NCBI GenBank assembly: GCA_903934925.1
Contig: CAIZPS010000242.1
Location: forward strand, 1 to 42,299
Reading direction: 5' to 3'
Length of the DNA stretch: 42,299 bases
Source: an uncultured bacterium
Lineage (GTDB): Bacteria > Actinomycetota > Actinomycetes > S36-B12
Every line of letters begins with the position of its first letter. The first letter of the stretch is position 1. A program made the translations under genes and the position numbers. Of this stretch, positions 23,024-32,841 are shown one piece after another. Under the pieces are notes generated by a model. The model made no database searches and was not told the origin of the DNA. It saw nothing but the letters and a program-made list of their open reading frames with translations.

Positions 23024-24346
23024 TCAGCCGAGGGAGATGGGCTTGACCAGATCGGCCCAGATGACGATGACGCCCATCGCCAGCAGCACGCCGGCCACGA
23101 CGTAGGCCACCGGAAGGAGCCGGGCGATATCGACCGGACCCGGGTCCGGACGCCCGGTCACGCGGGCCAGCCACCGGCGCACGCCCTCATACGCGGCGCC
23201 GGCGACGTGCCCACCGTCGAGAGGCAGGATCGGAAGCAGGTTGAACAGGAACAGGAACAGGTTCAGCGAGGCCAGCAGCCCCAGGAAGGTCGCCACCTTG
23301 GCCCTGAACGGCTGATCCATCGCGGCCACGTCACCGCCGATCCGACTCACCCCGACCACGCTGACCGGACTGTCGACCTGGCGCTCGCCCCCGCCCAGCA
23401 GGGTCTCGGTCACGAGTTCGTACAGGCGCACGGGCAGGGAGATCAGCGCCTCGACCGAGCGCACCGTGATGTCCCACATGTACTCGGGCACGGCAGTCCA
23501 GGGCTGCGGCTGCCAGGCGACACCCGGCGCGAGGCCCACATAGCCCGCAGTCGCCACCTCGTCCGTGGGCATTCCCGTGTCGTCGTACACCGGTCGGGTG
23601 GCCTCCCCGATCGTCACGGTGAGATCGACGGGAACGCCATCCCTGTCCACCGTGACGGTGGTCGTGACCCCGGGGTTCTCACGGATCCAGTCCGTCGCTG
23701 CCGTCCAGTCGGCGTACGGCACTCCGTCGATGGAGAGGACCACGTCGCCCGGTGCGAATCCCGCAACCGCCGCCGGGGCGGGCGAACTCCCGGTCGGGCA
23801 CTCGCCGGATGGCAGGGGCTCCCCGGTCGGTTGCGTCGGGGTCGGGGTGCACTGGCCGATCGAGGAGACCTCCATGGTCGGCGTCGGGACTCCCACGCCC
23901 ATCAGGAGAACGGCGAAGAGCACGAAGGCGAACGCCAGATTCATGAAGGGCCCGCCCAGCATGATCACCATGCGCTTGCGGACCGGCAGCTTGTAGAAGA
24001 CGCGATCAGCGTCGCCCGGGCCGATCTCCTCCAGGGACTGCTGACGCGCCTGCGCCACCATGGTGGCGAAACGTCCGGTCGTCATCGACCTCGCCGTTCC
24101 GGCCGGATCTCCTGGGGCGGGGGGCAGCATCCCGATCATCCGGATGTACCCGCCCACCGGTATCGCCTTGATGCCGTAGCGGGTCTCGCCTCGCACCCGG
24201 GACCACAGCGTGGGTCCGAATCCGATCATGTAGTCGGTGACCTTCACGCCGAAGCGCTTGGCGGGCATGAGGTGACCTAGCTCATGCAGGGCGATGGACA
24301 GTCCGATGAGCGCGATGAAGATGGCGATCCCGATCAGCTCGAGCAC
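23024..24346 (-). CDS. rseP: RIP/site-2 M50 zinc metalloprotease with PDZ domain (RseP/Rip1)
   Basis: HELGH, GFGP, GGYIRM and NLLPILPLDGGH motifs. Confidence 0.95.
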   Translation of the reverse strand: MLELIGIAIFIALIGLSIALHELGHLMPAKRFGVKVTDYMIGFGPTLWSRVRGETRYGIKAIPVGGYIRMIGMLPPAPGDPAGTARSMTTGRFATMVAQARQQSLEEIGPGDADRVFYKLPVRKRMVIMLGGPFMNLAFAFVLFAVLLMGVGVPTPTMEVSSIGQCTPTPTQPTGEPLPSGECPTGSSPAPAAVAGFAPGDVVLSIDGVPYADWTAATDWIRENPGVTTTVTVDRDGVPVDLTVTIGEATRPVYDDTGMPTDEVATAGYVGLAPGVAWQPQPWTAVPEYMWDITVRSVEALISLPVRLYELVTETLLGGGERQVDSPVSVVGVSRIGGDVAAMDQPFRAKVATFLGLLASLNLFLFLFNLLPILPLDGGHVAGAAYEGVRRWLARVTGRPDPGPVDIARLLPVAYVVAGVLLAMGVIVIWADLVKPISLG

Positions 24347-24347
24347 G

Positions 24348-25589
24348 TCATCCCCTCACCTTCGAGACCTTCGATGCCGGGGACCCCCGGCCGATGTGGT
24401 CGCGTGCACGGGTGCGCGACCACGCGTCGCTTGAGAAGACGTCCTCGAGCGTGGTGTCGTTCCCGTCCACCCATGCCGATCCCACTTCGCCGGTGCCGCC
24501 GCCCAGGTGTTCGTCGAGCACGCGGCGGATCGTGGACACGATGCCGGTGAAGGGGAGTTCTCCCGCGAGGAAGGCCGCCACGCACTCCTCGTCCGCCCCG
24601 TTGAAGACAGCCGGTGCGGTGCCGCCAGCCATTCCAGCCGTCCGAGCGGTGCGCACGGCCGGAAACGCGTCCTCGTCCAGAGGCATGAACTCCCATGCCG
24701 TAGCGACGGACCAGTCGCAGGGAACGGCCGCGTCGGGCACTCGATCGGGCCAGCCCATGCCCCAAGCGATAGGTATGCGCATGTCCGGAGGGCTCGCCTG
24801 AAGAATGGTCGAGCCATCGACGAACTCCACCATGGAATGGACGACCGACTGCGGATGCACCACCACCTCGATGGCGGAGAAGGGCACATCGAAGAGCAGA
24901 TGCGCCTCGATCACCTCTAGACCCTTGTTGACCATGGTGGCCGAGTTGATGGTCACCAGCGGACCCATCGCCCAGGTCGGATGGGCCAGCGCCTGGTCGA
25001 CGGTCACTCCCTCGAGCGCATCGGCCGACCAGCCACGGAACGGACCGCCACTGGCGGTGAGGACCAGCCTGCGCACCTCCGACCGCTGACCCGACAGCAG
25101 CGCCTGCGCGAGCGCCGAGTGCTCGGAGTCGACCGGAATGATCTGGCCCGGGCGCGCTACCGCCTTCACCAGAGGCCCACCGATGATGAGCGACTCCTTG
25201 TTGGCGAGGGCGACCGTGCGGCCGGCTCCGAGCGCGGACAGCGTCGGGACCAGCCCTGCCGCGCCCGCGAGCCCGTTCAGGACGGTGTCGGATGGCCAGC
25301 ACGCGACGACCTCGTTGGCGGCCGGGCCCGTGACGATCTCGGGCACGCGGGACTGCCCGGCGGCGTTCTCCAGCGCAGCGCGCAACTCACGCCCGGCGCG
25401 CTCGTCCGGCACCCCGACGACCTCCACGTCGAAGTCCAGCGCCTGCTGGGCGAGCAGTTCCAGCCGAGACGACCCGGCGGTCAGCCCGACGATTCGAAAC
25501 CGATCGCGATGCCGGCTGGCGACATCGAGTCCCTGGGTGCCGATCGAGCCCGTGCTGCCGAGGACGACGAGGCGACGTGGTCCGGCCAT
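24348..25589 (-). CDS. dxr: 1-deoxy-D-xylulose-5-phosphate reductoisomerase
   Basis: LGSTGSIG, LANKE, PVDSEH, TASGGPF, HPTWAMG and NKGLE motifs. Confidence 0.98.
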   Translation of the reverse strand: MAGPRRLVVLGSTGSIGTQGLDVASRHRDRFRIVGLTAGSSRLELLAQQALDFDVEVVGVPDERAGRELRAALENAAGQSRVPEIVTGPAANEVVACWPSDTVLNGLAGAAGLVPTLSALGAGRTVALANKESLIIGGPLVKAVARPGQIIPVDSEHSALAQALLSGQRSEVRRLVLTASGGPFRGWSADALEGVTVDQALAHPTWAMGPLVTINSATMVNKGLEVIEAHLLFDVPFSAIEVVVHPQSVVHSMVEFVDGSTILQASPPDMRIPIAWGMGWPDRVPDAAVPCDWSVATAWEFMPLDEDAFPAVRTARTAGMAGGTAPAVFNGADEECVAAFLAGELPFTGIVSTIRRVLDEHLGGGTGEVGSAWVDGNDTTLEDVFSSDAWSRTRARDHIGRGSPASKVSKVRG

Positions 25590-25599
25590 GAACGACAGG

Positions 25600-27162
25600 C
25601 TACCCGCGTGATGCCGGCAGTTCCGGGCCCGTGACCGCATCCGCCGGCGGCGGAGCCGTACGCAGCGCGAACCACAGGTTGGCGCGCACCGAGGGATCGT
25701 CCAAGGATCGACCCAGCACGGACTCGATCCGCCGCAGGCGGTGACGGACCGTGTGCCGATGAATGCCCAGCTGTTGGGCGGTCGCGTCGACCTGACCATG
25801 TTCGGCGAGCCATGCCCGGAGGGTCTGGCACATGTCTGCTGAGTCCGATGCAGCCAGGAGGGGAGCCAGGCAGGACCGCGACCAGTGTGCGGCGACGTCC
25901 GCATCGACCAATGCATCGAAGGAGCGCTCAGCCAGATCTGCATGCGGCACCCAGCCGCGGCCGGAGGAGGCCGCCTGGCGCGCCTGGTCGAGTGCCAGAC
26001 GCACGTTGCCCGGAGACGTCAGGTCCAGTCGCTCCGACAGCCCCACGGATCGGATACCGTCACGCCGCAAAGAGCCCGTGATCGACGGCGCGACCGTTCC
26101 GTCGGCCTCGATGCTGACGAACCCCCGGAGTCCGCCCGCTCCGTCGCGACACGCGATCACGCCGTCTACGACCGGTGCCACCAGATCGTCCGCGGACTCA
26201 GGAAGCGCCACGAACGCGGATGCGCGTGCGGGATCCAGACCGCTGATTCCCAGGCTCGACAGACGCTCGACGGAGAGCCCCTCGACCTGAGCGACGTCAA
26301 TCAGCAGCCGGCGCCATGCATCACGGTGGCGATCGGCCGCGATCACCGTCGTGCTCTCCCAGGACATCAGGGAGACCGCAAGGTTCAGCACCGCCTGATC
26401 ACCGGCCGTGAGATGTCGCGGACTTCCCACGACGAGGAATCCGCTGACGATGTCGCGGACGCCCACGGGCACTATGACCACGTGCTCATGCGGTGCCGCG
26501 ATCGAGGCGGAAGCCAGCAGCCCGCGAGGTCTCAGCCGGTCGATCTCCCCTGTGAGCTCAGACGCACGAGCGGCGGCCTCCCCTGGGGCCGAGTGGAGCA
26601 CGTCACCTGACGGGGACAGGGACAGCGCGAAACCGCCCACGTGCCGAGCGAGAACGGGGAGCACCGCCTCTGCCGTGCCTCGCTCTGTCAGAGCGGTCGT
26701 CTCGTCAGCTCCGGTGGCCAGGCAAGCGCGGATCATGCGCCGCTGACTGTCGAAGGAGGTGCCTGACTCGGCGTACTCCTCTGCGGCCATGAGGCGCGAG
26801 ACCGCCCTGCTGACCGCCACGAACGGCACCGGCTCGCTCACCTCCACGACCGGCAGTCCCGCGCGCTCGGCCGCATCGACGAGAGCCTCGGGGATGCGAG
26901 CGTGGTGCAGGCCAACCCCGAAGCCGACGCCGGCAGCGTCGGCCCGGACGAGGCGCTCCACATACGCCGCGCACTCATCTGTGGCATCCGAGAGAGCCAT
27001 GCCCGTAGTGAGCACCAGATCCCCGGGTTCAATCCACGGAGAGGGATCCGTCTGCTCCGAAACAGCCACCCACCTCAGCGGACGATCGAGGGATGGCAGC
27101 ACCGTGGCGGGCCGAAGATCCAGTTCGGCCAAGGCGACAACATGTTCCAGCGTGACGGCCAT
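25600..27162 (-). CDS. PucR/CdaR family transcriptional regulator
   Basis: N-terminal WVAVSE.DPSPWIEPGDLVLTTG; C-terminal HTH LGIHRHTVRHRLRRIE; divergent from gabT. Confidence 0.93.
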   Translation of the reverse strand: MAVTLEHVVALAELDLRPATVLPSLDRPLRWVAVSEQTDPSPWIEPGDLVLTTGMALSDATDECAAYVERLVRADAAGVGFGVGLHHARIPEALVDAAERAGLPVVEVSEPVPFVAVSRAVSRLMAAEEYAESGTSFDSQRRMIRACLATGADETTALTERGTAEAVLPVLARHVGGFALSLSPSGDVLHSAPGEAAARASELTGEIDRLRPRGLLASASIAAPHEHVVIVPVGVRDIVSGFLVVGSPRHLTAGDQAVLNLAVSLMSWESTTVIAADRHRDAWRRLLIDVAQVEGLSVERLSSLGISGLDPARASAFVALPESADDLVAPVVDGVIACRDGAGGLRGFVSIEADGTVAPSITGSLRRDGIRSVGLSERLDLTSPGNVRLALDQARQAASSGRGWVPHADLAERSFDALVDADVAAHWSRSCLAPLLAASDSADMCQTLRAWLAEHGQVDATAQQLGIHRHTVRHRLRRIESVLGRSLDDPSVRANLWFALRTAPPPADAVTGPELPASRG

Positions 27163-27167
27163 ACCCA

Positions 27168-27266
27168 CCTCCGACGTTTTGGACAATTCTAGGGGGACCC
27201 GCACTCCATCAGGGCCGCTCACATCCGAGCCCATCGGTCTACGCTCGTGTCCACCAACGTCGGAGG
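27168..27266. promoter_or_regulatory. Divergent pucR/gabT promoter flanked by an inverted repeat (putative operator pair)
   Basis: The reverse complement of 27168-27185 (TGTCCAAAACGTCGGAGG) nearly equals 27248-27266 (TGTCCACCAACGTCGGAGG); TACGCT -10 at 27240-27245. Confidence 0.65.
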
Positions 27267-27273
27267 AGTCCCC

Positions 27274-28626
27274 ATGTCCCTTGCCGTCACACCGTCCGCA
27301 TCCGATCTCGTTCAGGAGCGCCGGCTCCTGACGGAGATCCCCGGGCCGAAGTCCCAGGCACTCCAGGCCAGGAAGGTGGCAGCCGTTTCCAACGGAGTGG
27401 GCGTCATGCTCCCCGTCTACGTTGTCCGTGCTGGCGGGGGCATCCTCATGGATGCCGACGGCAACTCGCTCATCGACATGGGCTCCGGCATCGCCGTCAC
27501 GACAGTCGGGAATGCCAACCCCGATGTCGTGGCAGCGGTACAGGAGCAGGTCGCGAATTTCACGCACACCTGCTTCATGGTCACTCCCTATGCCGGCTAC
27601 GTCGAGGTGTGCGAGGCGCTCAACCGCCTGACTCCCGGCGACCACGAGAAGCGTTCAGCACTGTTCAACTCCGGAGCTGAGGCCATCGAGAACGCCGTGA
27701 AGGTAGCCCGGGCCTACACCAAGCGGCAGGCGGTCGTCGTCCTCGAGCACGGCTATCACGGCCGCACGAACCTCACCATGGGCATGACCGCCAAGAACAT
27801 GCCCTACAAGCAGTCTTTCGGACCCTTCGCACCCGAGATCTATCGCGTGCCCGCCTCGTATCCCTTCCGTGATCGCGGCATCAAGGGGCCGGAGATGGCG
27901 GAGGTCGCCATCACCCGCATCGAGCGCGAGATCGGCGCCACCAATGTCGCGGCCATCGTCATCGAGCCCATCCAGGGCGAGGGCGGCTTCATCGTTCCCG
28001 ATCCCGGTTACTTCCGCGGAATGGCCGACTTCGCGGCCAAGAACGGCATCGTGTTCATCGCCGACGAGATCCAGTCCGGCTTCTGCCGCACGGGAGACTG
28101 GTTCGCCTGCCAGTACGAGGACGTCGTACCCGACCTGATCACTACTGCCAAGGGCATCGCCGACGGTATGCCACTCGCGGGGGTCACCGGGCGAGCGGAG
28201 ATCATGGACTCGGTCCACCCCGGAGGCCTCGGTGGAACCTACGGCGGAAACCCGGTGGCGTGTGCTGCCGCTCTCGCCGCGATCGACTGGATGGAGCGCA
28301 ACGACGCCCCCGCCCTCGCGCGGGAGATCGAGTCGATCATGATGCCGCGCCTGCGCGAGATGGCCCTGCAGTTCCCGGCCATCGCCGACATCCGTGGTCG
28401 CGGTGCCATGATCGCGATCGAGCTGGTCAAGCCCGGCACCATGGACCCGAACTCCGACCTGGCGGCGACCCTCAACCGGTACTGCCACCAGCACGGCGTC
28501 GTGACCCTCACGACCGGCACCCACGGCAACGTGTTCCGGTTCCTGCCTCCGCTGACCATGCCCCGGCATCTGCTCGAGGAGGCTCTCACGATCCTGCAGC
28601 AGGCATTCGAGGAGGCCACCGCCTGA
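27274..28626 (+). CDS. gabT: 4-aminobutyrate--2-oxoglutarate transaminase
   Basis: FNSGAEAIENAVK, YHGRT, EPIQGEGGF, IADEIQSG, TAKG (PLP lysine) and GGTYGGNP motifs; RBS GGAGGAG. Confidence 0.95.
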   Translation: MSLAVTPSASDLVQERRLLTEIPGPKSQALQARKVAAVSNGVGVMLPVYVVRAGGGILMDADGNSLIDMGSGIAVTTVGNANPDVVAAVQEQVANFTHTCFMVTPYAGYVEVCEALNRLTPGDHEKRSALFNSGAEAIENAVKVARAYTKRQAVVVLEHGYHGRTNLTMGMTAKNMPYKQSFGPFAPEIYRVPASYPFRDRGIKGPEMAEVAITRIEREIGATNVAAIVIEPIQGEGGFIVPDPGYFRGMADFAAKNGIVFIADEIQSGFCRTGDWFACQYEDVVPDLITTAKGIADGMPLAGVTGRAEIMDSVHPGGLGGTYGGNPVACAAALAAIDWMERNDAPALAREIESIMMPRLREMALQFPAIADIRGRGAMIAIELVKPGTMDPNSDLAATLNRYCHQHGVVTLTTGTHGNVFRFLPPLTMPRHLLEEALTILQQAFEEATA

Positions 28627-28696
28627 CAGCCCCGGTTGTCCACAGGGTCCGCAATGCCGGATTGGCGGGGCCGCCTCGCCGACATACCGTCGTCAG

Positions 28697-29158
28697 GTGA
28701 CGCTTTCGATAATCAGCCGAGCCGCCATCGGGGCTCTCGGCCTCGTAGCCGGACTCGGCGCCCTAGGAATCGCCGTGAGTGCGCCGACGCTCGCAGCACC
28801 AGCGTCCCCGGTTCGCGAGGAAGCGCTGTGGTTCTGGGAGTGGTCCGACGGATCGCATGCCCGTTCGCGCGAGCTCGCCGAGATTCACTACACCACGTGG
28901 TCGGAGCTGCCCGGTCTGCTCGTGGCGAGCGCACCCACCACTCGCGGGAAGCGGGTCCTCCTGGAGGTTCACCTGGGTGGACGCTGGGTCATCGAGGATG
29001 CGAGCACGACGGGACCTGACGGTCGCGCTCTCCTCAGGATCAATCCCTACTGCTCGCATGGCGACTGGTGTGACGGTCGCACCGACTACCGCATCGTGGT
29101 CGACGGGGTTCAGGCCCCGCTGCGGGTGCAGTTCACCCCTCGACAGTCGACTCCCTGA
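28697..29158 (+). CDS. Hypothetical secreted protein
   Basis: Hydrophobic signal-like N-terminus ending PTLA-A; beta-rich body with a C..GDWC pair; TACCGT 6 nt upstream of the GTG. Confidence 0.6.
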   Translation: MTLSIISRAAIGALGLVAGLGALGIAVSAPTLAAPASPVREEALWFWEWSDGSHARSRELAEIHYTTWSELPGLLVASAPTTRGKRVLLEVHLGGRWVIEDASTTGPDGRALLRINPYCSHGDWCDGRTDYRIVVDGVQAPLRVQFTPRQSTP

Positions 29159-29307
29159 TGCCACAGGACTGCCCATACCCGAACTCCATGAGGTCGAGTA
29201 ACGGCACGGCGTCACAGGCCTCTCCCCTGGCGTCGACGGGTCCGGAAGAGTCGCCGATACTCCTGCCCCACCGCACCCGATGGCCAGAACCTTCTCAACG
29301 CACTCAT
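29133..29307 (-). pseudogene. Heavily deleted remnant of a saccharopine dehydrogenase/carboxynorspermidine dehydrogenase-like gene
   Basis: RBS+ATG followed by frameshifted fragments KVLAIGCGGAG (Rossmann), ATLPDPSTPG and EACDAVPLLDLMEFGYGQSCGIRE, resembling the N-terminal, internal and C-terminal parts of this actinobacterial family. Confidence 0.55.
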
Positions 29308-29324
29308 TCCCTTCGCCCTCGTCA

Positions 29325-30740
29325 TCAGGAGTCGAACCCCATGCCCAGGCGATCGAGCGTGCGCAGCCACAGATCACGGCGACCAGTGACGTCCGCGCGC
29401 GTGAGGGACCTGGTCGTGATGGAGATCCCCATCGACCGCAGAGGTTCGGGCGGGAAGGGCAGCGGCTTGGTGCGAACCATGCGCAGGCGCGTCCGCTCGG
29501 TCTCGCGCCCCTCGAGGAGGTCGAGCATGGTGAGCGCCCCGAATCGCGAGGCCCCCACACCAAGCCCCGTGAAGCCCAGGACGTAGCCAACCTTGCCGGA
29601 CAGTGCCGTTCCCCAGAATGCCGAGAAGCGCGAGCAGGTGTCGATGACACCACCCCAGCCATGCGTGAATCGCAGATCCCTCAGACTCGGAAAGGTCTGG
29701 TGGAAGTGCTCGGCGATCCGCGCAAGGTGCGTGCTGTCCGTCTCCCAGCGGCGCTCGAAGCGACTACCGAAATGGTGGACGGCGTCGTAGCCGCCCCAGA
29801 GGATGCGACCGTCGGGCGTGACCCGGTAGTAGTGGAACCGATTGCCCGCGTCCGAGAGCCCCTCGCGTCCGCTCCATCCGATCGACCCCCACTGCTCGGC
29901 ACTCAGGGGCTCCGTGACGAGGACATAGTCGTAGACCGGCACGATGTAGTGGCGCAAGCGAGACAGCAGCGGCGGATACGCGTTTGTCGCCAGTGCGACA
30001 CGCGGCGCGACGACGGATCCAGCTGGAGTCATGACGCGAACCCGCGCACCGGCCTCCTGCAGTGCCGTCACCGGTGTGCCCTCGTGCACGACGACACCCG
30101 CACTTCGCATCGCTGCGGCGAGTCCCCAGGCAAGGCGGGCCGGATCCACCAGCGCCACCCCCGACCGATCGAGGAGCCCCGCCACATAGGTCGGGGAGTC
30201 GACGAGGGCCCGGGTGGCGTCCTGGTCGAGCCATTCGAGGTCCTCTCCGTACTCCTGACCTAGTCGTGCGAGATCGCGCAGGTCCGATGCCTGATGCTCA
30301 GTGACGGCAACGTCCAGCTCTCCAGCACGACGGAAGTCGCATTCGATGCCGAACTCGCGCACGGTCTGCTCGATGGCCTCGAAGTTCTCGCGGCCCAGAC
30401 GAAGCAGGGTGGGAAGCTCGTCACCGAACCGTGCGGCGCCATTGGCGAGGCCGTGCGTCAGGGAGGCAGAGACGAATCCGCCATTGCGTCCCGTGGCACC
30501 CTCGGCGATCCGTCCGCCCTCCAGCAGAACCACTCGACGCTCGGGATCGGCCTGCTTCGCGAGAAGTGCCGTCCAGAGCCCGGTGAAGCCTCCGCCGACG
30601 ATGACAAGGTCGGCCTCATCCACCCCCGAGAGTGGCGGCTGAGGCGTCGGCCGGTCAGGGGAATCCAGCCAGAAGGGCACAGTGCGGAGGCCCTGGACGG
30701 CTTGGCGCGCGGCTGCGCCTGGCTGCTCGGAGAACTGCAT
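29325..30740 (-). CDS. FAD-dependent oxidoreductase, DAO/PuuB-like (putative polyamine oxidase)
   Basis: IVGGGFTGLW, GATGRNGG, ATNAY and GFTGLGV motifs; within the polyamine cluster. Confidence 0.9.
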   Translation of the reverse strand: MQFSEQPGAAARQAVQGLRTVPFWLDSPDRPTPQPPLSGVDEADLVIVGGGFTGLWTALLAKQADPERRVVLLEGGRIAEGATGRNGGFVSASLTHGLANGAARFGDELPTLLRLGRENFEAIEQTVREFGIECDFRRAGELDVAVTEHQASDLRDLARLGQEYGEDLEWLDQDATRALVDSPTYVAGLLDRSGVALVDPARLAWGLAAAMRSAGVVVHEGTPVTALQEAGARVRVMTPAGSVVAPRVALATNAYPPLLSRLRHYIVPVYDYVLVTEPLSAEQWGSIGWSGREGLSDAGNRFHYYRVTPDGRILWGGYDAVHHFGSRFERRWETDSTHLARIAEHFHQTFPSLRDLRFTHGWGGVIDTCSRFSAFWGTALSGKVGYVLGFTGLGVGASRFGALTMLDLLEGRETERTRLRMVRTKPLPFPPEPLRSMGISITTRSLTRADVTGRRDLWLRTLDRLGMGFDS

Positions 30741-30840
30741 GGATGCTCCTCGACGTGTGGACGACAGATGAGGACAGGACCGACCGCCCTGCCTTCCCAC
30801 CAGTCCCTTCAACGTGAGGCGAGATCTTCATGCTAGCCGC

Positions 30841-32007
30841 CTACGTGGATACCACCCTGTCGAACGCCCGATCAAGAAGGCCAGTGCGCTCACTGGACAG
30901 TGCCTGCGTGACGTAGCACGCGTCCAGGACCTCATCGGGCGGGAAGATCCACGGATCCTCCACGAGCTCGGGATCCACGTCCAACATGGCCTCCTGCGCC
31001 CCCTGCACCGGGCACACGTACTGGATCCAGGCCGCAAGCCGCGCTGCGACCGACGGGTCGTAGTAGAAGTTCATCAGCGACGCGGCGCTTGCCTGATTCG
31101 GGGACACCACGGGGATCAGCATCGAGTCGGCCCACACCAGCCCACCGCTCTCCGGCAGGCCGAATCCGTAGCCCTCCCCCAAAGCGAGTACGTCCCCGGA
31201 CCAGCCGAACACCGCGATGAGGTCGCCGGAGTCGAGACCGCCGATGTAGTCGTTGCCCGTCACCTGGCGGATCTGACCCGAGTCGACCTGCTGCTGCAGA
31301 AGCAGAAGCGTGGAATCGAACTCCTCGTCGGTGAAGGATGACGGGTCGAATCCAGCCCACGCGAGCATCAGCCCCATCGTGTCCATCGTCTCCGAGAGCA
31401 CTGATACCCGGCCGGCCAGCCTCGGATCGAAGAACTGGTCCAGGGAGTCCAGGCGGTCCACCCCCATGCGCTCCTGCAGGAGCGCCGTGTTCCAACCCAT
31501 GCCCGTGAACCCCGATTGCCACGGCAGCGTGTATCGACGATCGGGGTCGAAGGATGCGGCCGCCAGACGCGGCAGCAGGTTGACGGCGTTGGGGATCAGG
31601 GCATAGTCCAGCGGCGCCACGAATCCGCGTTCGATGAACTGCTGGGCAGTCTCCTCAGACAGCACGACAATGTCGCGATCGATATCCCTGCCCTGCTCGA
31701 GCGGGGACTGCACCTTGGCCAGGAACTCGCTTCCGTCGTTGATGTCCTCCGTGTAGACCACCTCGATGCCACTCGACGCCCTGAAGTCGTCAAGAGTCGT
31801 GGGTTCGTCGCCCTCGGCCTGATCGATGTAGGCAGGCCAATTGGAGAATCGGACGACCCGCTCCGCCTCCGGATCGGTCGTGGGCGCTCCCGAGGGGAGC
31901 TCAGAGGTCGTGCTGGCGGCACCGCACGCGGCGACCGTCAGACCCAGACCCCCCAACGCCGCTGATCCAAGGACGCTCCGTCGCGTCAGCCGAACGGGCA
32001 CGTACAC
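30841..32007 (-). CDS. Second polyamine ABC substrate-binding lipoprotein (PotD/PotF-like)
   Basis: TRRSVL Tat motif, AAC lipobox, NWPAYID, WQSGF and GWSGD motifs. Confidence 0.9.
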   Translation of the reverse strand: MYVPVRLTRRSVLGSAALGGLGLTVAACGAASTTSELPSGAPTTDPEAERVVRFSNWPAYIDQAEGDEPTTLDDFRASSGIEVVYTEDINDGSEFLAKVQSPLEQGRDIDRDIVVLSEETAQQFIERGFVAPLDYALIPNAVNLLPRLAAASFDPDRRYTLPWQSGFTGMGWNTALLQERMGVDRLDSLDQFFDPRLAGRVSVLSETMDTMGLMLAWAGFDPSSFTDEEFDSTLLLLQQQVDSGQIRQVTGNDYIGGLDSGDLIAVFGWSGDVLALGEGYGFGLPESGGLVWADSMLIPVVSPNQASAASLMNFYYDPSVAARLAAWIQYVCPVQGAQEAMLDVDPELVEDPWIFPPDEVLDACYVTQALSSERTGLLDRAFDRVVST

Positions 32008-32841
32008 CTACGAACGTGGCAGGGCTGCATCGGCAGCGATCGGTGTCGGGTTGTCGAGCGCCCTGCGCTTGCGGTGGTTCACGTACTGTGCCGTCAGCAC
32101 GATGACCAGTGCCACCAGGAACACAATCGTGGCCAGCGCGTTCACCTGCACGGGGATTCCCCGCTGGGCAGCGCCCCAGATGTAGATCGGGAACGTGACC
32201 AGCGTGCCGGCATTGAAGAAGCTGATGATGAAGTCGTCGAACGACAGCGAGAAGCCCAGAAGGGCCGCACCCAGGATGCCCGGCAGGACGAGCGGGAAGG
32301 TGACATAGCGGAATACCGCTCTTGGATTCGCGTAGAGATCGCGCGCCGCCTCCTCCAGCCGAGGATCCATTCCCTGCAGACGCGCCTTCACCGTCACCAC
32401 GACGAACGAGATGATGAACATGATGTGCGCGATGATGACGGTTATCTGCCCGAGCGGGAAGCGCAAGTTGAGGAAGAGCGCCAGCAGGCTGGCACCCATC
32501 ACGACCTCAGGCGTGGCCATGGGCAGGAAGATCAGCAGGTTCGTCGTGCTTCGGCCGCGGAACCGGTAGCGCACGAGCGCGAAGGCGATCATCGTGCCGA
32601 GAAGCGTCGCCACAATCGTCGACACGATGCCGATCTGAATGCTCGTGACGAAGGATGAGCACACCCCAGGAACTCCGCAGAGATTCGCCCACGCCTCGAG
32701 GGAGAACTCGTCGAACTTCAGGTTGTACTTGCCCGCGGGCTTGTTGAACGAGAGAACCATGATGACCGCGATCGGGATGAACAGGTACACGAGCACCGCG
32801 ATCGCCACAATGCCCACGAGGTTCCGGCGAAGCCAGCGCAT
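32008..32841 (-). CDS. potC: Polyamine ABC permease (PotC-like)
   Basis: LPMATPEVV, EEAARDL (EAA loop) and FSLSFDDF motifs. Confidence 0.92.
   Translation of the reverse strand: MRWLRRNLVGIVAIAVLVYLFIPIAVIMVLSFNKPAGKYNLKFDEFSLEAWANLCGVPGVCSSFVTSIQIGIVSTIVATLLGTMIAFALVRYRFRGRSTTNLLIFLPMATPEVVMGASLLALFLNLRFPLGQITVIIAHIMFIISFVVVTVKARLQGMDPRLEEAARDLYANPRAVFRYVTFPLVLPGILGAALLGFSLSFDDFIISFFNAGTLVTFPIYIWGAAQRGIPVQVNALATIVFLVALVIVLTAQYVNHRKRRALDNPTPIAADAALPRS

Noticed and set aside
28636-28644. DnaA box TTGTCCACA / replication origin
   Set aside because: Single copy, with no box cluster, AT-rich unwinding element or dnaA gene nearby.
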